Positions 38,368 through 51,399 are shown, counted from the stretch's first letter. The stretch: DNA of 64,000 nt from an uncultured Alphaproteobacteria bacterium (GCA_937892955.1 CALBKH010000096.1:7621-71620); one strand, 5' to 3'. Numbers and translations are program-made. The notes: generated by a model from the sequence alone, not told the origin.

Positions 38368-39537
38368 ATGACCCCCATCGACGTGGTGATGATCGGCCCC
38401 TTCCCGTCCGACGCGGCGCGGATCGAAGGCGGCGTTCAGGCCTCGCTCTTCGGCTTGGCGAGCGAGCTGGCGAAGCACGCCGGGATCGCGAGCCTGCGCA
38501 TCATGGCGACGCCGGTGCGCCCGACCTCCGGCATCCGACGCGACCGCGTCACCGGCATCGACGTCACCTTCCTCGACACGCCGGCGCGCCTTCTCGTCTC
38601 CTCGGTGCTCCGTGTCCCGGTGATCCTCGAGGCGCTCTCCGGCCCGAAAGCTCCGCTGCTTCATCTCCACGGCACCGGGATCGTCCAATCGGTGGTGTTG
38701 ATCGCCGCCCGCCTCCACCGCATTCCGACCGTCTGGACCATGCACGGCATCACCGAGAAGGAGATGTGGGCGGCCCTGAAGCGCGAACCCGGGCTCAAGT
38801 CCGTCGCCCGTTTCCTGCTCTATGCCGGCTGCGAGCGCCTGCAACTTCGTCTGACGCGCCACCTCGTCGTCGACACGCCTTATGTCGGTCGCGAGATCCG
38901 CCGCCGGTCGCGGGCGAAGCCGCTCGCCATCCCGCAGGGGATCTTTCCCGAGGAGCTGACCGCCGCCCGCGTCGACGATCGGCCCGACCCGGTGGTGATC
39001 TCGCTCGGCGTCGTTCATCCGCGCAAGGGTCACCATCTCGCCCTCCGCGCCTTCGCCGATGTCGTCCGCACCGTGCCCGAAGCTCGCCTCCTCGTCGTCG
39101 GCTCGCTCGCCGACCCGGCCTATCACGACGAACTCGTGCGCACCGTCGCCGACCTCGGTCTCGTCGATCGGGTCGAGTTCCACATCGGCGTGTCGCGCGA
39201 CGAGGTGCTCGCGGCGCTGCGCCGCGCCCGCGTCTTCGCTCTCCACTCCCAGGAGGAGAGCCAGGGCATCGCGCTGTGCGAGGCGATGGCGGTGGGACTA
39301 CCGATCGTCGCCACCCGCGTCGGCGGTATCCCCGACGTGATCGGCGCCAGCGGCGCCGGCTATCTCGTCGAATACGGCGACGTCGCCGCCATGGCCGGTC
39401 ATCTGACGCGGCTGCTCACCGACGACGATCTCCACCACACCATGGCCACCGCCGCGCTCGGCCGCGCCGGCGACTTCGCTTGGGGGCCGGTCACCGACCG
39501 CATCCTCGAGGTCTACCGCGACGCCCGCGGGGACTGA
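38368..39537 (+). CDS. GT4-family (GT-B) glycosyltransferase
   Basis: The C-terminal half carries the GT1/GT4 signature (ARVFALHSQEESQGIALCEAMAVGLPIVATRVGGIPDVI). The start is uncertain: the track ORF begins with GTG at 38317, and I placed it at ATG 38368. Confidence 0.75.
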   Translation: MTPIDVVMIGPFPSDAARIEGGVQASLFGLASELAKHAGIASLRIMATPVRPTSGIRRDRVTGIDVTFLDTPARLLVSSVLRVPVILEALSGPKAPLLHLHGTGIVQSVVLIAARLHRIPTVWTMHGITEKEMWAALKREPGLKSVARFLLYAGCERLQLRLTRHLVVDTPYVGREIRRRSRAKPLAIPQGIFPEELTAARVDDRPDPVVISLGVVHPRKGHHLALRAFADVVRTVPEARLLVVGSLADPAYHDELVRTVADLGLVDRVEFHIGVSRDEVLAALRRARVFALHSQEESQGIALCEAMAVGLPIVATRVGGIPDVIGASGAGYLVEYGDVAAMAGHLTRLLTDDDLHHTMATAALGRAGDFAWGPVTDRILEVYRDARGD

Positions 39538-39566
39538 GCCCCGCCGCGTCGCGGCCTTTCCTCATC

Positions 39567-40937
39567 TCACACCGCGATCCGCCGCGCCGCCTCGTCGAGG
39601 CTCGCCCGGAGGGCGTCGACGAGAGTGTCGATCTGGCGCTCGGTGATGATCATCGGCGGGCAGAGGGCGAGCGCATCGCCCATGGCGCGGCTGATGACGC
39701 CGTTCTCCTGGAGGATGCCGGCGACCATCGCCCCGAGCTTGCCGACCGGATCGAGCGCCTTCTTCGCCGCCTTGTCGGTGACCACCTCGACCGCGGCGAT
39801 GAGCCCGACGCTGCGCACCTCGCCGACCAGCGGATGATCGGCGAGCTGGCCGAGCCGCTTCTGCATGTGGGCGCCGACGGCGCGCACGTTGGCGACCAGA
39901 TCTCGCTCCTCGATGATGGCGAGGTTCTCCAGCGCCACCGCCGCGGCGACCGGATGGCCGCCGGCGGTGAAACCGTGACCGAGGGTGCCGATGCGGTTGG
40001 ATTCGTCGGCGATCGGCTCGAAGACCCGCTCGTTGATCATCAGCGCCGAGATCGGCAGGTAGGACGACGAGAGCTGCTTGGAGCACACCACCACGTCCGG
40101 CTTCATGCCGTAGGTGGTCGAGCCCCACATGTTTCCGGTACGCCCGAAGCCGCAGATCACCTCGTCGGCGACCAGCAGGATGCCGTACTTGTCGAGCACC
40201 ACCTGGATCTTCTCCCAATAGGTCGCCGGCGGCACCACGACGCCGCCCGCGCCCATCACCGGCTCGGCGAAGAAGGCGGCGATGGTCTCCGGCCCCTCGG
40301 CGAGGATCAGCGCCTCGAGATCGGCGGCGAGCCGAGTGGCGAAGGCCTCCTCGCTCTCGCCCGGCAATCCCTCGCGCCAGTGGTGCGGGCTCGAGGTGTG
40401 CAGCACCCCCTCGATCGGCAGATCGAAGGAGCGGTGGTTGTTCGGCAGCCCGGTGAGGCTCGCCGAGGCCAGCGTCACGCCGTGATAGCCGCGAATCCGC
40501 GAGATGAACTTCTTGCGCTGCGGCTCGCCCAGCGAATTGGAGCGGTAACGCAGGAGCTTCATCACCGTGTCGTTGGCTTCCGAGCCCGAGTTGGTGAAGA
40601 ACACCTTCGACATCGGCACCGGTGCGATCGAGACCAGCTTCTCGGCGAGGTCGATCACCGGTCCGTGCGATTTGTGGCCGAACGTGTGGTAGAACGGCAG
40701 CCGCCGCATCTGCTCGGCCGCAGCTGTGACCAGCCGCTCCTCCGAGAAGCCGACGCCGACGCTCCACAGCCCGGCCATCGCCTCGATGTAGCGCTTGCCG
40801 TGGATGTCGACGACGTGGACACCGTCGCCGCGCTCGACCACCAACGGCCCGATCTCCTGATGTCGCCGGGCGTCGGTATAGGCATGGAGATGATGGGCGA
40901 TGTCGCGGGCTTCCGGCGAATTCGGCGCATGAGTCAC
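39567..40937 (-). CDS. class-III (omega) pyridoxal-phosphate aminotransferase
   Basis: 456-aa ORF with FFTNSGSEANDT, YHGVT, LLVADEVICGFGRTG and the PLP-lysine context VVCSKQLSS. Confidence 0.9.
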   Translation of the reverse strand: MTHAPNSPEARDIAHHLHAYTDARRHQEIGPLVVERGDGVHVVDIHGKRYIEAMAGLWSVGVGFSEERLVTAAAEQMRRLPFYHTFGHKSHGPVIDLAEKLVSIAPVPMSKVFFTNSGSEANDTVMKLLRYRSNSLGEPQRKKFISRIRGYHGVTLASASLTGLPNNHRSFDLPIEGVLHTSSPHHWREGLPGESEEAFATRLAADLEALILAEGPETIAAFFAEPVMGAGGVVVPPATYWEKIQVVLDKYGILLVADEVICGFGRTGNMWGSTTYGMKPDVVVCSKQLSSSYLPISALMINERVFEPIADESNRIGTLGHGFTAGGHPVAAAVALENLAIIEERDLVANVRAVGAHMQKRLGQLADHPLVGEVRSVGLIAAVEVVTDKAAKKALDPVGKLGAMVAGILQENGVISRAMGDALALCPPMIITERQIDTLVDALRASLDEAARRIAV

Positions 40938-41325
40938 GGGTGGGCTCCCTCGGTGCGGTACGCGGTGCCCGACGTCGCTGCGACGACGGAACCGCGGAAG
41001 AGCCGCACTCTAGCCGAGACGGCGCGAAACGCACCCCCGGATCGCGAAGGTCCGCCCCTCGCTCGCCGCCCTGCTTCGCCGAAGAATGCACGGCGCCCGA
41101 GCGTCGTCGCCCCGCCTCGTCGAGATGCTCGGCTCGATGCCTTCCCATGCCAATATTCGCCTCGTCAGAAATGACGAAGTCCGGATCTCCCGGCAGGAAC
41201 ACTCGGCGGCGATGGTATTCGACGACGCGCGATCGTATGGAATTCCGCGGATTCTGCGGCTTTGGTTTATGATTTGTTGACCTCTCGACCGCACGATTTT
41301 GGCTGAGATTCCGTGGAGACGTGAG

Positions 41326-43050
41326 ATGGCCTATTCACTACGAACCCTGGCGGCGGCCGGAGTGATCCTCCTGGTGCTGTTCAACGTCGCCACGATCGGG
41401 CTGATCTCCCGGGCGAAATCCGTGAGCCTGTCGAGCTCCGACAACGTCGCCCAACACTTCGATCTTCTGACCGGCGACGTGATCCCGCTCGGCACGAACA
41501 TCAAATCGATTCAGATCGACGTGATCCAGGTCCAGCAGTTCCTCCAGGACGTCTCCGCCACCCGCGGCGAGAACGGGCTCGACGACGGCTTCAACAAGGC
41601 GGCCGAATTCGCGAAGAAGTTCGAGGAGGATGTCGAAGCGGCTCGCGCCATCGCCGTGAAGCTCGGCCGCATCGACATGCGCGACAAGCTCGACGCCACG
41701 ACCGCCGCCTTCGCCGATTTCTATCGGGTCGGCAAGGAGATGGCCGAAGCCTACGTCGCCGGCGGCCCGTCCGCCGGCAACAAGATGATGCCGGAATTCG
41801 ACGAACGCAGCGACGCCATGAACGCGACCATGGAAGCACTGCTGGCGACCCGCGACGGCATCATCGAGGGCACCACCCTGCGCATCGCAGAAGAAGTCGA
41901 GGCGGTGAAGACGACCATCGCCGGAACGGCGACGATCACCTCCGCCGCTGCGGCCCTGGCCACGCTCGGCCTCGTCCTCGCCGCCCTCGCCTTCCTGCGC
42001 TTCGTCGTCCGTCCGATCGGCGCCCTCACCGGCGTGATGGAGCAACTGACCTCCGGCCGCCGCGGCATCGCCGTACCGCATACCCGCAATCGCACCGAGA
42101 TCGGCCGCATGGCGCGCGCCACCGACGTCTTCCGCGTCGCCATCGAGGAGCGCGAGACGCTCCAGGCCGAACGCGCTCAGGAAGAACAACGCATGGAGGC
42201 CGAACGCCGGAGCGAACGTCTCGCCCTCGCCGACAATTTCGCCGCCACCGTCGCCGGCGTCGTCGAGACCGTCGGCCACGTCGCCGAGACCATCGCCGCC
42301 GGCGCCCACCGGGTCGACACCATCGCCCACACCACCGCCGGCAGCGCCGGCGCCGCCGCCACCGCGGTCGCCGCCGCCTCCGGCAACGTCTCCACCGTCG
42401 CCACCGCGACAGAGGAACTGTCGAGCGCCATCGACGAGGTCGGCCGCCGGATGCATCAGGCCGGCACCGTCTCCGCCACCGCGGCGCAGCAGGCCGAGCG
42501 CACCAACGTCATCGTCCGCGAACTTTCGGACGCCACGCTGCGAATCGGCGAGATCGTCGACCTGATCAACGCCATCGCCTCGCAGACCAACCTGCTCGCC
42601 CTCAACGCCACCATCGAGGCGGCGCGCGCCGGCGAGGCCGGGCGCGGTTTCGCGGTGGTTGCCCAGGAGGTCAAGAACCTCGCCCAGCAGACCGCCAAGG
42701 CGACCGAGGAGATCGCCCAGCAGATCGGCACCGTCCAGAACGTCACCGGCAGCGCCGTCGACGCGATCCGCGACATCACCACCACCGTCGACGAGATCTC
42801 GGCGATCTCCCGCTCGATCATCTCGGCGATCGACGAACAGGCCGCCGCCACCCGCGAGATCGCCCGCTCGATCGACGATGCCGCGACCGGTACCGATCGG
42901 GTCCATGCCAACATCACCGCGGTGGACCGCTCGACGCGCGAGACTTCGGACGCCGCCGGCTCGATGGTCTCGGCCTCGGACGAACTCGGCGCCGTCGCGA
43001 CGCGCCTGCGCTCGGAAGTCGCCGGCTTCGTCGCCCGCATCCGCGCCTGA
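41326..43050 (+). CDS. methyl-accepting chemotaxis protein (TM - periplasmic domain - TM - HAMP - signalling domain)
   Basis: Highly conserved signalling hairpin [47 protein letters not shown]. Two TM segments. Start placed at ATG 41326, with GGAG 8 nt upstream. Confidence 0.85.
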   Translation: MAYSLRTLAAAGVILLVLFNVATIGLISRAKSVSLSSSDNVAQHFDLLTGDVIPLGTNIKSIQIDVIQVQQFLQDVSATRGENGLDDGFNKAAEFAKKFEEDVEAARAIAVKLGRIDMRDKLDATTAAFADFYRVGKEMAEAYVAGGPSAGNKMMPEFDERSDAMNATMEALLATRDGIIEGTTLRIAEEVEAVKTTIAGTATITSAAAALATLGLVLAALAFLRFVVRPIGALTGVMEQLTSGRRGIAVPHTRNRTEIGRMARATDVFRVAIEERETLQAERAQEEQRMEAERRSERLALADNFAATVAGVVETVGHVAETIAAGAHRVDTIAHTTAGSAGAAATAVAAASGNVSTVATATEELSSAIDEVGRRMHQAGTVSATAAQQAERTNVIVRELSDATLRIGEIVDLINAIASQTNLLALNATIEAARAGEAGRGFAVVAQEVKNLAQQTAKATEEIAQQIGTVQNVTGSAVDAIRDITTTVDEISAISRSIISAIDEQAAATREIARSIDDAATGTDRVHANITAVDRSTRETSDAAGSMVSASDELGAVATRLRSEVAGFVARIRA

Positions 43051-43054
43051 ACGT

Positions 43055-43082
43055 CGCGGCCGGCGCTCTGCCGCCGGCCGCG
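43055..43082 (+). terminator. GC-rich hairpin downstream of the MCP gene
   Basis: CGCGGCCGGCG ctctgc CGCCGGCCGCG, an 11-bp perfect stem 5 nt after the stop codon. There is no U-tract, so its terminator function is uncertain. Confidence 0.3.
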
Positions 43083-43347
43083 ATCCGCGACACCACCGCC
43101 ACGGCGGCGCACACGCGTCTTCGCCCCGCGTCCGGCCGCCCCGCGACCAACCTTCGCGCCCCCTCTGCGACGGCGAGAAGTCGTTGACCGGTCTCGCAAA
43201 TGAGCTAAGGTCCGATCGCCTCCGGAGATCATCGGTCCCGGTCGGCGATGCGCTTCGTCCACCCGCTGCGCGTCGGCGAGGATCGATGCCGGTCGGAGGC
43301 GGCCCTTCGCCGTAATTCCGGCCATCTTTCGGCCGACGGACTCGCCC

Positions 43348-44886
43348 ATGGACCGCCGCGCATTCCTCTCCTCGTCGCTTTCCCTCGCCGCCGCCCTCGG
43401 CCTGGGAGCGAACGTCACACCCGCGCAGGCGCAGGCGCCGGCGCCGCCACCCCAGACCCCGGTGGGAACCCCCTTCGGTTTCGCCTGGCTCAAGGACGAG
43501 GCCCGCCGACTGGCCGCAGCCCCGCGCAAGGCGCCGAGCACGCCGGTTCCCGCCCGCTTCGCCGACATCGCTCACGATCAGTATCGCGACATTCGCTGGA
43601 AGCCCGATCTCCTGATCTGGCGCGACGAGAAGCGCGGCTTCCGTCTCGAGCCGCTTCCCGCCGGCTTCGTCTATCGCACCCCGGTCGAGATCCATCTCGT
43701 CGACGAGGGGCTGGCGTTGCCCATCCCCTTCGACCGCGATCGCTTCGACTGGGGCTCGAACGTCGCCCCGCCCGAGGACGGGGTCGTGCTGCCCTTCTCC
43801 GGCCTCAAGCTGCGCCGACCGCGTGATGCCGATCGCTGGCAGGAGTTCGCGGTCTTCCAGGGCGCGACCTACTTCAAGGCGATCGCTCGCGATCAGGTCT
43901 ACGGCCTGACGGCGCGCGGGCTCGCCATCAACACCGCCGAACCCGACGGCGAGGAGTTCCCCTATTTCTCGCGCTTCTACGTCGAGAAGCCGGAAGAGAA
44001 CGCCCAGACGGTGCGGCTCTACGCCCTCCTCGACAGCAAGATGGTGACCGGCGCCTATCGCTTCACCATCCGCTCCGGCGACGAGACCAACATCGACGTC
44101 GAACTGACGCTGTTTCCGCGCGAGGATCTCGGCCACGTCGGCCTCGGCGCCCTCAATTCGATGTTCTTCTACGGACCGATCGGCCGCGGCCGCAGCGACG
44201 AGATCCGCCCGGCGGTGCATCTCTCCGACGGCCTCGCCGTCGTCACCGGTCTCGGCGAACGTCTGTGGCGGCCGCTCGCCAACCCGCGCACCCTGCAGAT
44301 CTCCGCCTTCGGCGACGAGAACCCGCACGGCTTCGGCCTCGCCCAACGGGCGCGCAGCTTCGCCGAATATCAGGATCTCGAACGGCGCTGGGATCTCTGC
44401 CCCTCCGCCTGGGTCGAACCGGTCGGCGACTGGGGCAAGGGCTCGGTCGTCCTGGTCGAGATCCCGTCCGACAGCGAGATCCACGAGAACATCACCGCCT
44501 ATTGGCGGCCGAAGGCCAAGATCCCGGCCGGCCAGGAATTCTCCGCCGCCTATCGGCTGCGCTGGACCGGCGCCGGCCTCGCCCCGAACGATATCGGCCG
44601 GGTGGCCGAGAGCCGTGAAGGCCAGGGCGCGGAAGGCGCGTGGCGGCGCTATGCGATCGACTTCGTCGGCCCGATGCCGCCGGTCGGCGCCGTCAAGCTC
44701 GTCGCCACCACCTCCGCCGGCCGGATCGTCTCGCCGGTGCTGAGGCCCAATCCTGCGACCGGCGGCTATCGCGTCACCTTCGATCTCGACCCCAAGAATG
44801 CGCCGATGAGCGAACTCAGGGTACAGTTGACCGACGGCCAGAAGCCGATCAGCGAGACTTGGCTCTATCGCTGGGTCGCCGCGTGA
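43348..44886 (+). CDS. opgG: periplasmic glucan biosynthesis protein, OpgG/OpgD family (twin-arginine-type signal)
   Basis: 512-aa ORF with MDRRAFLSSSLSLAAALGLGANVTPAQA, then MdoG-family blocks (FRLEPLPAGFVYR, YFSRFYVEKP, GAYRFTI). Its stop overlaps the opgH start. Confidence 0.9.
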   Translation: MDRRAFLSSSLSLAAALGLGANVTPAQAQAPAPPPQTPVGTPFGFAWLKDEARRLAAAPRKAPSTPVPARFADIAHDQYRDIRWKPDLLIWRDEKRGFRLEPLPAGFVYRTPVEIHLVDEGLALPIPFDRDRFDWGSNVAPPEDGVVLPFSGLKLRRPRDADRWQEFAVFQGATYFKAIARDQVYGLTARGLAINTAEPDGEEFPYFSRFYVEKPEENAQTVRLYALLDSKMVTGAYRFTIRSGDETNIDVELTLFPREDLGHVGLGALNSMFFYGPIGRGRSDEIRPAVHLSDGLAVVTGLGERLWRPLANPRTLQISAFGDENPHGFGLAQRARSFAEYQDLERRWDLCPSAWVEPVGDWGKGSVVLVEIPSDSEIHENITAYWRPKAKIPAGQEFSAAYRLRWTGAGLAPNDIGRVAESREGQGAEGAWRRYAIDFVGPMPPVGAVKLVATTSAGRIVSPVLRPNPATGGYRVTFDLDPKNAPMSELRVQLTDGQKPISETWLYRWVAA

Positions 44887-47219
44887 CCGGCGCCGCGAAC
44901 ACCGATATCTCGGGAACCATCGTGACCACCGACGTCGACCTCGCCTCCCCCGATCTTCTCGGACCGGTTCCGCCGGAAATGCCGCTCGACATGCCGGTGC
45001 AACGGCTCGATCGATGGGACGGCCCGCGACCGACCGTCGTCGACGGCAAGCCGACATGGTCGGTGCGCGCGATCCGGTTCTTCGTCTTCGGCCTCGCCTT
45101 CGCCATCTCCTTCTACGGCGTCCGCGAGATGGTGGGCGTCGTGTCGGCCGGCGGCATCGTCGGCCTCGAGTGGCCGCTGATCGTCTTCTTCGGCATCACC
45201 TTCTCGTGGATCGCGCTGTCCGCCGCCTCCGGCATCGCCGGGTTCTTCGCCGGCTTCTTCGAGGGCCGCGCCATCCGCACCATCGACCGGACGCTGCGCT
45301 CGAAGACGGCGCTCCTGATGCCCGTCTACAACGAGAGCCCGGCGCGCACCATCGGCGCCCTCGAGGCCATGGCCGAGAGCATCGTCGCCCTCGGCGAGGG
45401 TGCGAATTTCGAGATCTTCGTCTGCTCCGACACCACCGACCAGACCTGTTGGGTGGAGGAGGAACTGGCGATCGACCGCCTGCGCCGCCGCCTCGGCGAC
45501 CGCATGGCGGTGTGGTATCGCCGCCGCCACAAGAACATCGCCCGCAAGGCCGGCAACGTCGCCGACTTCGTCACCCGCTGGGGCGGTCGCTACGACCACA
45601 TGCTGGTGCTCGACGCCGACAGCCTGATGAAGGGTGAGACCATCGTCACCCTCGCCCTGCTGATGGAGGAGGACCCGCGCGCCGGCATCATCCAGACGCT
45701 GCCGGTGATCGCCAACCGCAACACCCTCTTCGCCCGCCTGCAGCAGTTCGCCGGCAAGGTCTACGGCCCGGTGATCGCCCGCGGCCTCGCGGCATGGTCG
45801 GGCCGCGACGGCAACTACTGGGGCCACAACGCCATCATCCGGACGAAGGCCTTCGCCGAGGCCTGCGGTCTACCGGATCTGCCCGGCCGCAAGCCCTTCG
45901 GCGGCCACATCATGAGCCACGACTTCGTCGAGGCGGCGCTGATCCGCCGCTCCGGCTGGGGCGTCTACATGGTGCCGTGGCTCGGCGGCTCCTACGAGGA
46001 GAGCCCGCCGTCGCTTCTCGACGTCGCCATGCGCGACCGCCGGTGGGCCCAGGGCAACCTCCAGCACATGAAGGTGCTGCCGACCAAGGGCCTCGCCTGG
46101 CCGTCGCGCATCCACTTCGCCACCGGCATCATGAGCTACCTCGCCTCGCCGATCTGGCTGATGCTGCTGATGGTCGGCCTGGCGCTCGCCTTGCAGGCGA
46201 AATTCATCCGGCCGGAGTACTTCTCCAAGGAATTCTCGCTCTATCCGGCGTGGCCGCGCTTCGACTCGGAACGCGCGTTGCAGCTCTTCGTCGTCACCAT
46301 GGGCGTGCTGCTGCTGCCCAAGCTCCTCGGCGTGATCGAGACGATCCTGCGTTCCGACCTGCGCAAGCGCTGCGGCGGCGGCTTCGCCATCGTCGTCGGC
46401 ATGGTGCTGGAGACGCTGATCTCGGCCCTCGTCGCCCCTGTCATGATGCTCCTCCAGTCGCGCCACGTCGCCGAGATCCTGCTCGGCCGCGACAGTGGCT
46501 GGAAGACCCAGCGCCGCGACGATGGCGGCATCCCGCTCGCCGAGGTCATCCGCCATCATTGGCAGCACGCCACCATCGGCGTCTTCATGGCGCTCGCGGC
46601 CTACGTCATCTCGCCCGCCATCCTCGCCTGGATGGCGCCGACGCTGATCGGCCTCGTCCTCGCCGTGCCGATCTCCTGGACCTCGGGCTCGCTCGCCGCC
46701 GGCCTCGGGCTGAAGAAGATCCGCCTGCTCCTCATCCCCGAGGAGACCGACCCGCCGGCGATCGTCGGCGCCGCCCACGACGCCCAGCACCTCGCCGAAG
46801 CCGAACTGCCGGAGGTCGAAGACGGCCTCACCTCGGTGGTCGAGACCCCGCACGCCCGCGCCGTCCACGCCCGCATGCACCTGCCGGTGCCGCTCCGCGC
46901 TCGCGGCAAGCCCGAACTCGATCCGGTGATGGCCGCCGCCAAGATCCACGAGGCGACCAATTTCGCCGAAGTGCTCGCCTGGCTCGGGCCGAAGGAGCGC
47001 ATGGCGGTGCTGTGCGAGCCGCAGCTGATCGAGACCATCGACCGGTTGATCGTCAAACCCGAGCCGCCGCCGGATCTGGTGGCGATCGAGGAGATGCGGG
47101 TGCGCCCCTACCCGGCGGAAGTGCCGCCCGGCGCCCATGAGGCGGCGCATCCCGAAGAGGCCCTCGCCGACGGCGAACCGGCGAGCCCGACGCGAGCCGC
47201 CGCCGCGCCGCCCGCCTGA
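44883..47219 (+). CDS. opgH: osmoregulated periplasmic glucan glucosyltransferase H
   Basis: GT2 core LMPVYNESP...VCSDTTD...HMLVLDADSLM...GHNAIIRTKAF...SHDFVEAALIRRSGW...RDRRWAQGNLQH, flanked by TM segments. Start placed at GTG 44883 (GTGA overlap with the opgG stop). A downstream ATG is possible. Confidence 0.85.
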   Translation: MTGAANTDISGTIVTTDVDLASPDLLGPVPPEMPLDMPVQRLDRWDGPRPTVVDGKPTWSVRAIRFFVFGLAFAISFYGVREMVGVVSAGGIVGLEWPLIVFFGITFSWIALSAASGIAGFFAGFFEGRAIRTIDRTLRSKTALLMPVYNESPARTIGALEAMAESIVALGEGANFEIFVCSDTTDQTCWVEEELAIDRLRRRLGDRMAVWYRRRHKNIARKAGNVADFVTRWGGRYDHMLVLDADSLMKGETIVTLALLMEEDPRAGIIQTLPVIANRNTLFARLQQFAGKVYGPVIARGLAAWSGRDGNYWGHNAIIRTKAFAEACGLPDLPGRKPFGGHIMSHDFVEAALIRRSGWGVYMVPWLGGSYEESPPSLLDVAMRDRRWAQGNLQHMKVLPTKGLAWPSRIHFATGIMSYLASPIWLMLLMVGLALALQAKFIRPEYFSKEFSLYPAWPRFDSERALQLFVVTMGVLLLPKLLGVIETILRSDLRKRCGGGFAIVVGMVLETLISALVAPVMMLLQSRHVAEILLGRDSGWKTQRRDDGGIPLAEVIRHHWQHATIGVFMALAAYVISPAILAWMAPTLIGLVLAVPISWTSGSLAAGLGLKKIRLLLIPEETDPPAIVGAAHDAQHLAEAELPEVEDGLTSVVETPHARAVHARMHLPVPLRARGKPELDPVMAAAKIHEATNFAEVLAWLGPKERMAVLCEPQLIETIDRLIVKPEPPPDLVAIEEMRVRPYPAEVPPGAHEAAHPEEALADGEPASPTRAAAAPPA

Positions 47220-47262
47220 TGCGACCGTCGGGATCGCCCACGACGCGCGATCCCGACGCGCG

Positions 47263-48366
47263 TCACATCACCAGCGCCACGCGCCCACCCGATTGACGAT
47301 CGAGCCGCCCGGCGAGCGTCAGTTCCATCAGGATCAGGTGCAGCTCGCCGGCCCGCACGCCGGTCGCCCGCAGGATCTCGTCGATCGTCACCGGCGTCGG
47401 TCCCAACGCTTCCAGCACCAGCCGCCGCGCGTCGTCGCCGACGTCGAGAGGCCGTTCGAGATCGTCGGACCCGGAGGTGGCGAGCACCGTCGGATCCGGT
47501 CGACGCCCGAGAATCGGTGTCAGGCCCTCGATCACGTGGGCGGCATTCGCCACCAGCGTCGCGCCGTTGCGGATCAGCTCGTTGGTCCCCTCGGCTCGCG
47601 GATCGAGCGGGCTGCCCGGCACCGCGAAGACCTCGCGCCCCTGCTCGGCGGCGAAGCGCGCCGTGTGCAGCGAACCCGACCGTGCCGCCGCCTCGATCAC
47701 CACGACGCCGAGAGCGATCCCCGAGATCAAACGGTTGCGGCGAGGGAAGTCGCGCGCCCGCGGTTCCCAACCGAACGGCATCTCGGAGACGAGCGCCCCG
47801 CCGGTCTCGACGATACGGGCGGCCAGCCCCTCGTGCTCCGGCGGATAGAGCCGGTCGAGCCCGCCGGCGAAGACGGCGATGGTGCCGGTGTCGAGGCTCG
47901 CCTCGTGCGCCGCCGCGTCGATGCCGCGAGCGAGACCGGACACGGTGACGAAGCCCGCCTCGCCGATGCCGCGCGCCATCAGCGCCGCCATCTTGCGCCC
48001 GGCGAGCGAAGCGTTGCGCGCCCCGACGATCGCCACCGCGTGGCGCCGGCACACCCCCGGCCCGCCCTTCACCGCGAGAAGCGGCGGCGGCCCTTCGATG
48101 GTGAGGAGGTGGGCCGGGTAGTCCGCCTCGCCCATGGCGACGAACCGGGCCCCCGCCGCCCGCGCCGCCGCCAACTCACGCTCGACCTCCGCTTCCGAGG
48201 CGATGCGGATGCGGCCGCGCGCGCCGCCGCGGCGCGCCAGTTCCGGCAGAGCCTCGAGCGCCGCCCGCGCCGAACCGAAGTGATTGATCAGTTCGCGGAA
48301 GGTGATCGGCCCGACGTTCTCCGACCGGATCAGCCGGAGCCACGCGGCGCGGCTCGCCTCCCCCAT
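47263..48366 (-). CDS. dprA: DNA-processing protein DprA (Smf)
   Basis: Rossmann-like DprA core [47 protein letters not shown]...[18 protein letters not shown] and a C-terminal winged-helix region. The start is uncertain; the track ORF extends to 48480. Confidence 0.8.
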   Translation of the reverse strand: MGEASRAAWLRLIRSENVGPITFRELINHFGSARAALEALPELARRGGARGRIRIASEAEVERELAAARAAGARFVAMGEADYPAHLLTIEGPPPLLAVKGGPGVCRRHAVAIVGARNASLAGRKMAALMARGIGEAGFVTVSGLARGIDAAAHEASLDTGTIAVFAGGLDRLYPPEHEGLAARIVETGGALVSEMPFGWEPRARDFPRRNRLISGIALGVVVIEAAARSGSLHTARFAAEQGREVFAVPGSPLDPRAEGTNELIRNGATLVANAAHVIEGLTPILGRRPDPTVLATSGSDDLERPLDVGDDARRLVLEALGPTPVTIDEILRATGVRAGELHLILMELTLAGRLDRQSGGRVALVM

Positions 48367-48536
48367 CTCGGGACCGGCGGCATCCGCCGCGTCGTCGGCG
48401 TCGTCGAAGGCATGTAGGCTCACCGTTCGCTCTCCTGATCGGCCCGTGACGATCATGGTGAGCGGAGACCGGAGACACAACCCCTAATATGCGGCCGAGC
48501 CACCGTCGGTGGTGCCGCGAGGTCCCGACGCCCCGG

Positions 48537-49235
48537 TCAGCGGCCGAGCCAGCGGGCCATCGCCGCGTTCACCGCGGCAGGCGCTTCGAGCGTCGACAGG
48601 TGACCGCTGTCGGCGATCACCTCGAGCACCGCCCCGGGAATCGCCTCGACCATCTCGCGAGCGAGATCCACGGGCGTGATGACGTCCTCGGCGCCGACGA
48701 TCACCGTCGTCGGGCAGGCGATCGCGGCGAGCGACGGCCGGCAGTCGATCCGCCCGAGGATCGCCTTCTGCTGACGGACGAAGGCCTCGGCCCCGGTGTC
48801 CGCCGCCATGCGCCGGACGATGTCGACGAGGCGGGGCTCCGACTGATGCGCCGGCGAGAGAAGTCGCGGGATCTGGAGGTCGGCGATGCGATCGAAGCCG
48901 CCGGACTCGGCGATCTCGATCTGTTGTAGACGCGCCGCCTTCGCCTCGTCGCCGTCGGCACGCGCCTGGGTGTCGAGGAGCGCCAGCCGATCCACCCGCT
49001 CGGGCGCCCGCCTCAGGATCTCCATGGCGACGTATCCGCCCATCGACAGGCCGGCGAGGGCGAAACGCGGCGGCGCCTCGGCGAGGATCTGCGCCGCGAT
49101 CGCCGCCATCGTGTCGGCACGGCCGTGATCGGCGACGACGACCGACCGGTCGGTGGCGAAGGCGGCGATCTGCGCACCCCACAAGTCCGACGTGCAGTCG
49201 AGGCCCGGAACCAGCAGAAGCGGTATCTTCGTCAT
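48537..49235 (-). CDS. alpha/beta-fold hydrolase
   Basis: Track ORF trimmed to ATG 49235 (MTKIPLLLVPGLDCTSDLW...). It has the nucleophile elbow GLSMGG and a C-terminal DSGH motif. Confidence 0.8.
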   Translation of the reverse strand: MTKIPLLLVPGLDCTSDLWGAQIAAFATDRSVVVADHGRADTMAAIAAQILAEAPPRFALAGLSMGGYVAMEILRRAPERVDRLALLDTQARADGDEAKAARLQQIEIAESGGFDRIADLQIPRLLSPAHQSEPRLVDIVRRMAADTGAEAFVRQQKAILGRIDCRPSLAAIACPTTVIVGAEDVITPVDLAREMVEAIPGAVLEVIADSGHLSTLEAPAAVNAAMARWLGR

Positions 49236-49544
49236 CGTGCACGACCTCGTCCGAACGACCTTCCCCCGAGGCGGGAAACCGAGGCGACCGACGATGGAAC
49301 CGTCGAAGCCCCGCCGCGACCTCGTCGGCGACACTATAGTCGCGCCTATCCATCGGCAAATCTCGACAGAAACTGTCCGTTTCGTGCGCTCGGCGTTGAC
49401 TTTCGGAGATGTTCGATCAATATGCCGCCCGAGATCTCGCATTGCACAAAAGATTCTGCGCGCGAGCGAGCCCGCCCTGTCGAGGCGCCCCCGATCGAGG
49501 ACGTCGCAGGCCCGGCCGCGATGGCGCGCGACCCACGGGAACGA

Positions 49545-51068
<1,524 letters not shown>

Positions 51069-51071
51069 GCC

Positions 51072-51104
51072 GGACGGGCCGGCGACGCGATCTCCGGCCC
51101 GTCC
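51072..51104 (+). terminator. hairpin downstream of the helicase gene
   Basis: GGACGGGCCGG (11 nt) ... CCGGCCCGTCC, a perfect 11-bp stem starting 4 nt after the stop. There is no clear U-tract. Confidence 0.35.
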
Positions 51105-51399
51105 GCGCCTCGACCACCATCACGCGAATCACCTGTTCTCCAGCGATTGTGGCTTGTACCGAGTGGGTCGCGCGGTGCGAGCGTGACTCTTCTCTCGGTG
51201 ACGGTCCGCCGTCGCCGATGACGCCCGCCCGTGACGCGCGGCCGGCAAAAACACGCGAAAAACCCGTATTCGCAGCGTGGCGACCGCGCGAACCTTTACC
51301 ATGGGTTAAGTCGTTCCTGACACTTTGATGGAGAGGCCGAAGGGAGATCGGCCGAGCCTCTCGCCTTCGGGGAGTGGCGGAATGCGAGGGATGGCGACA

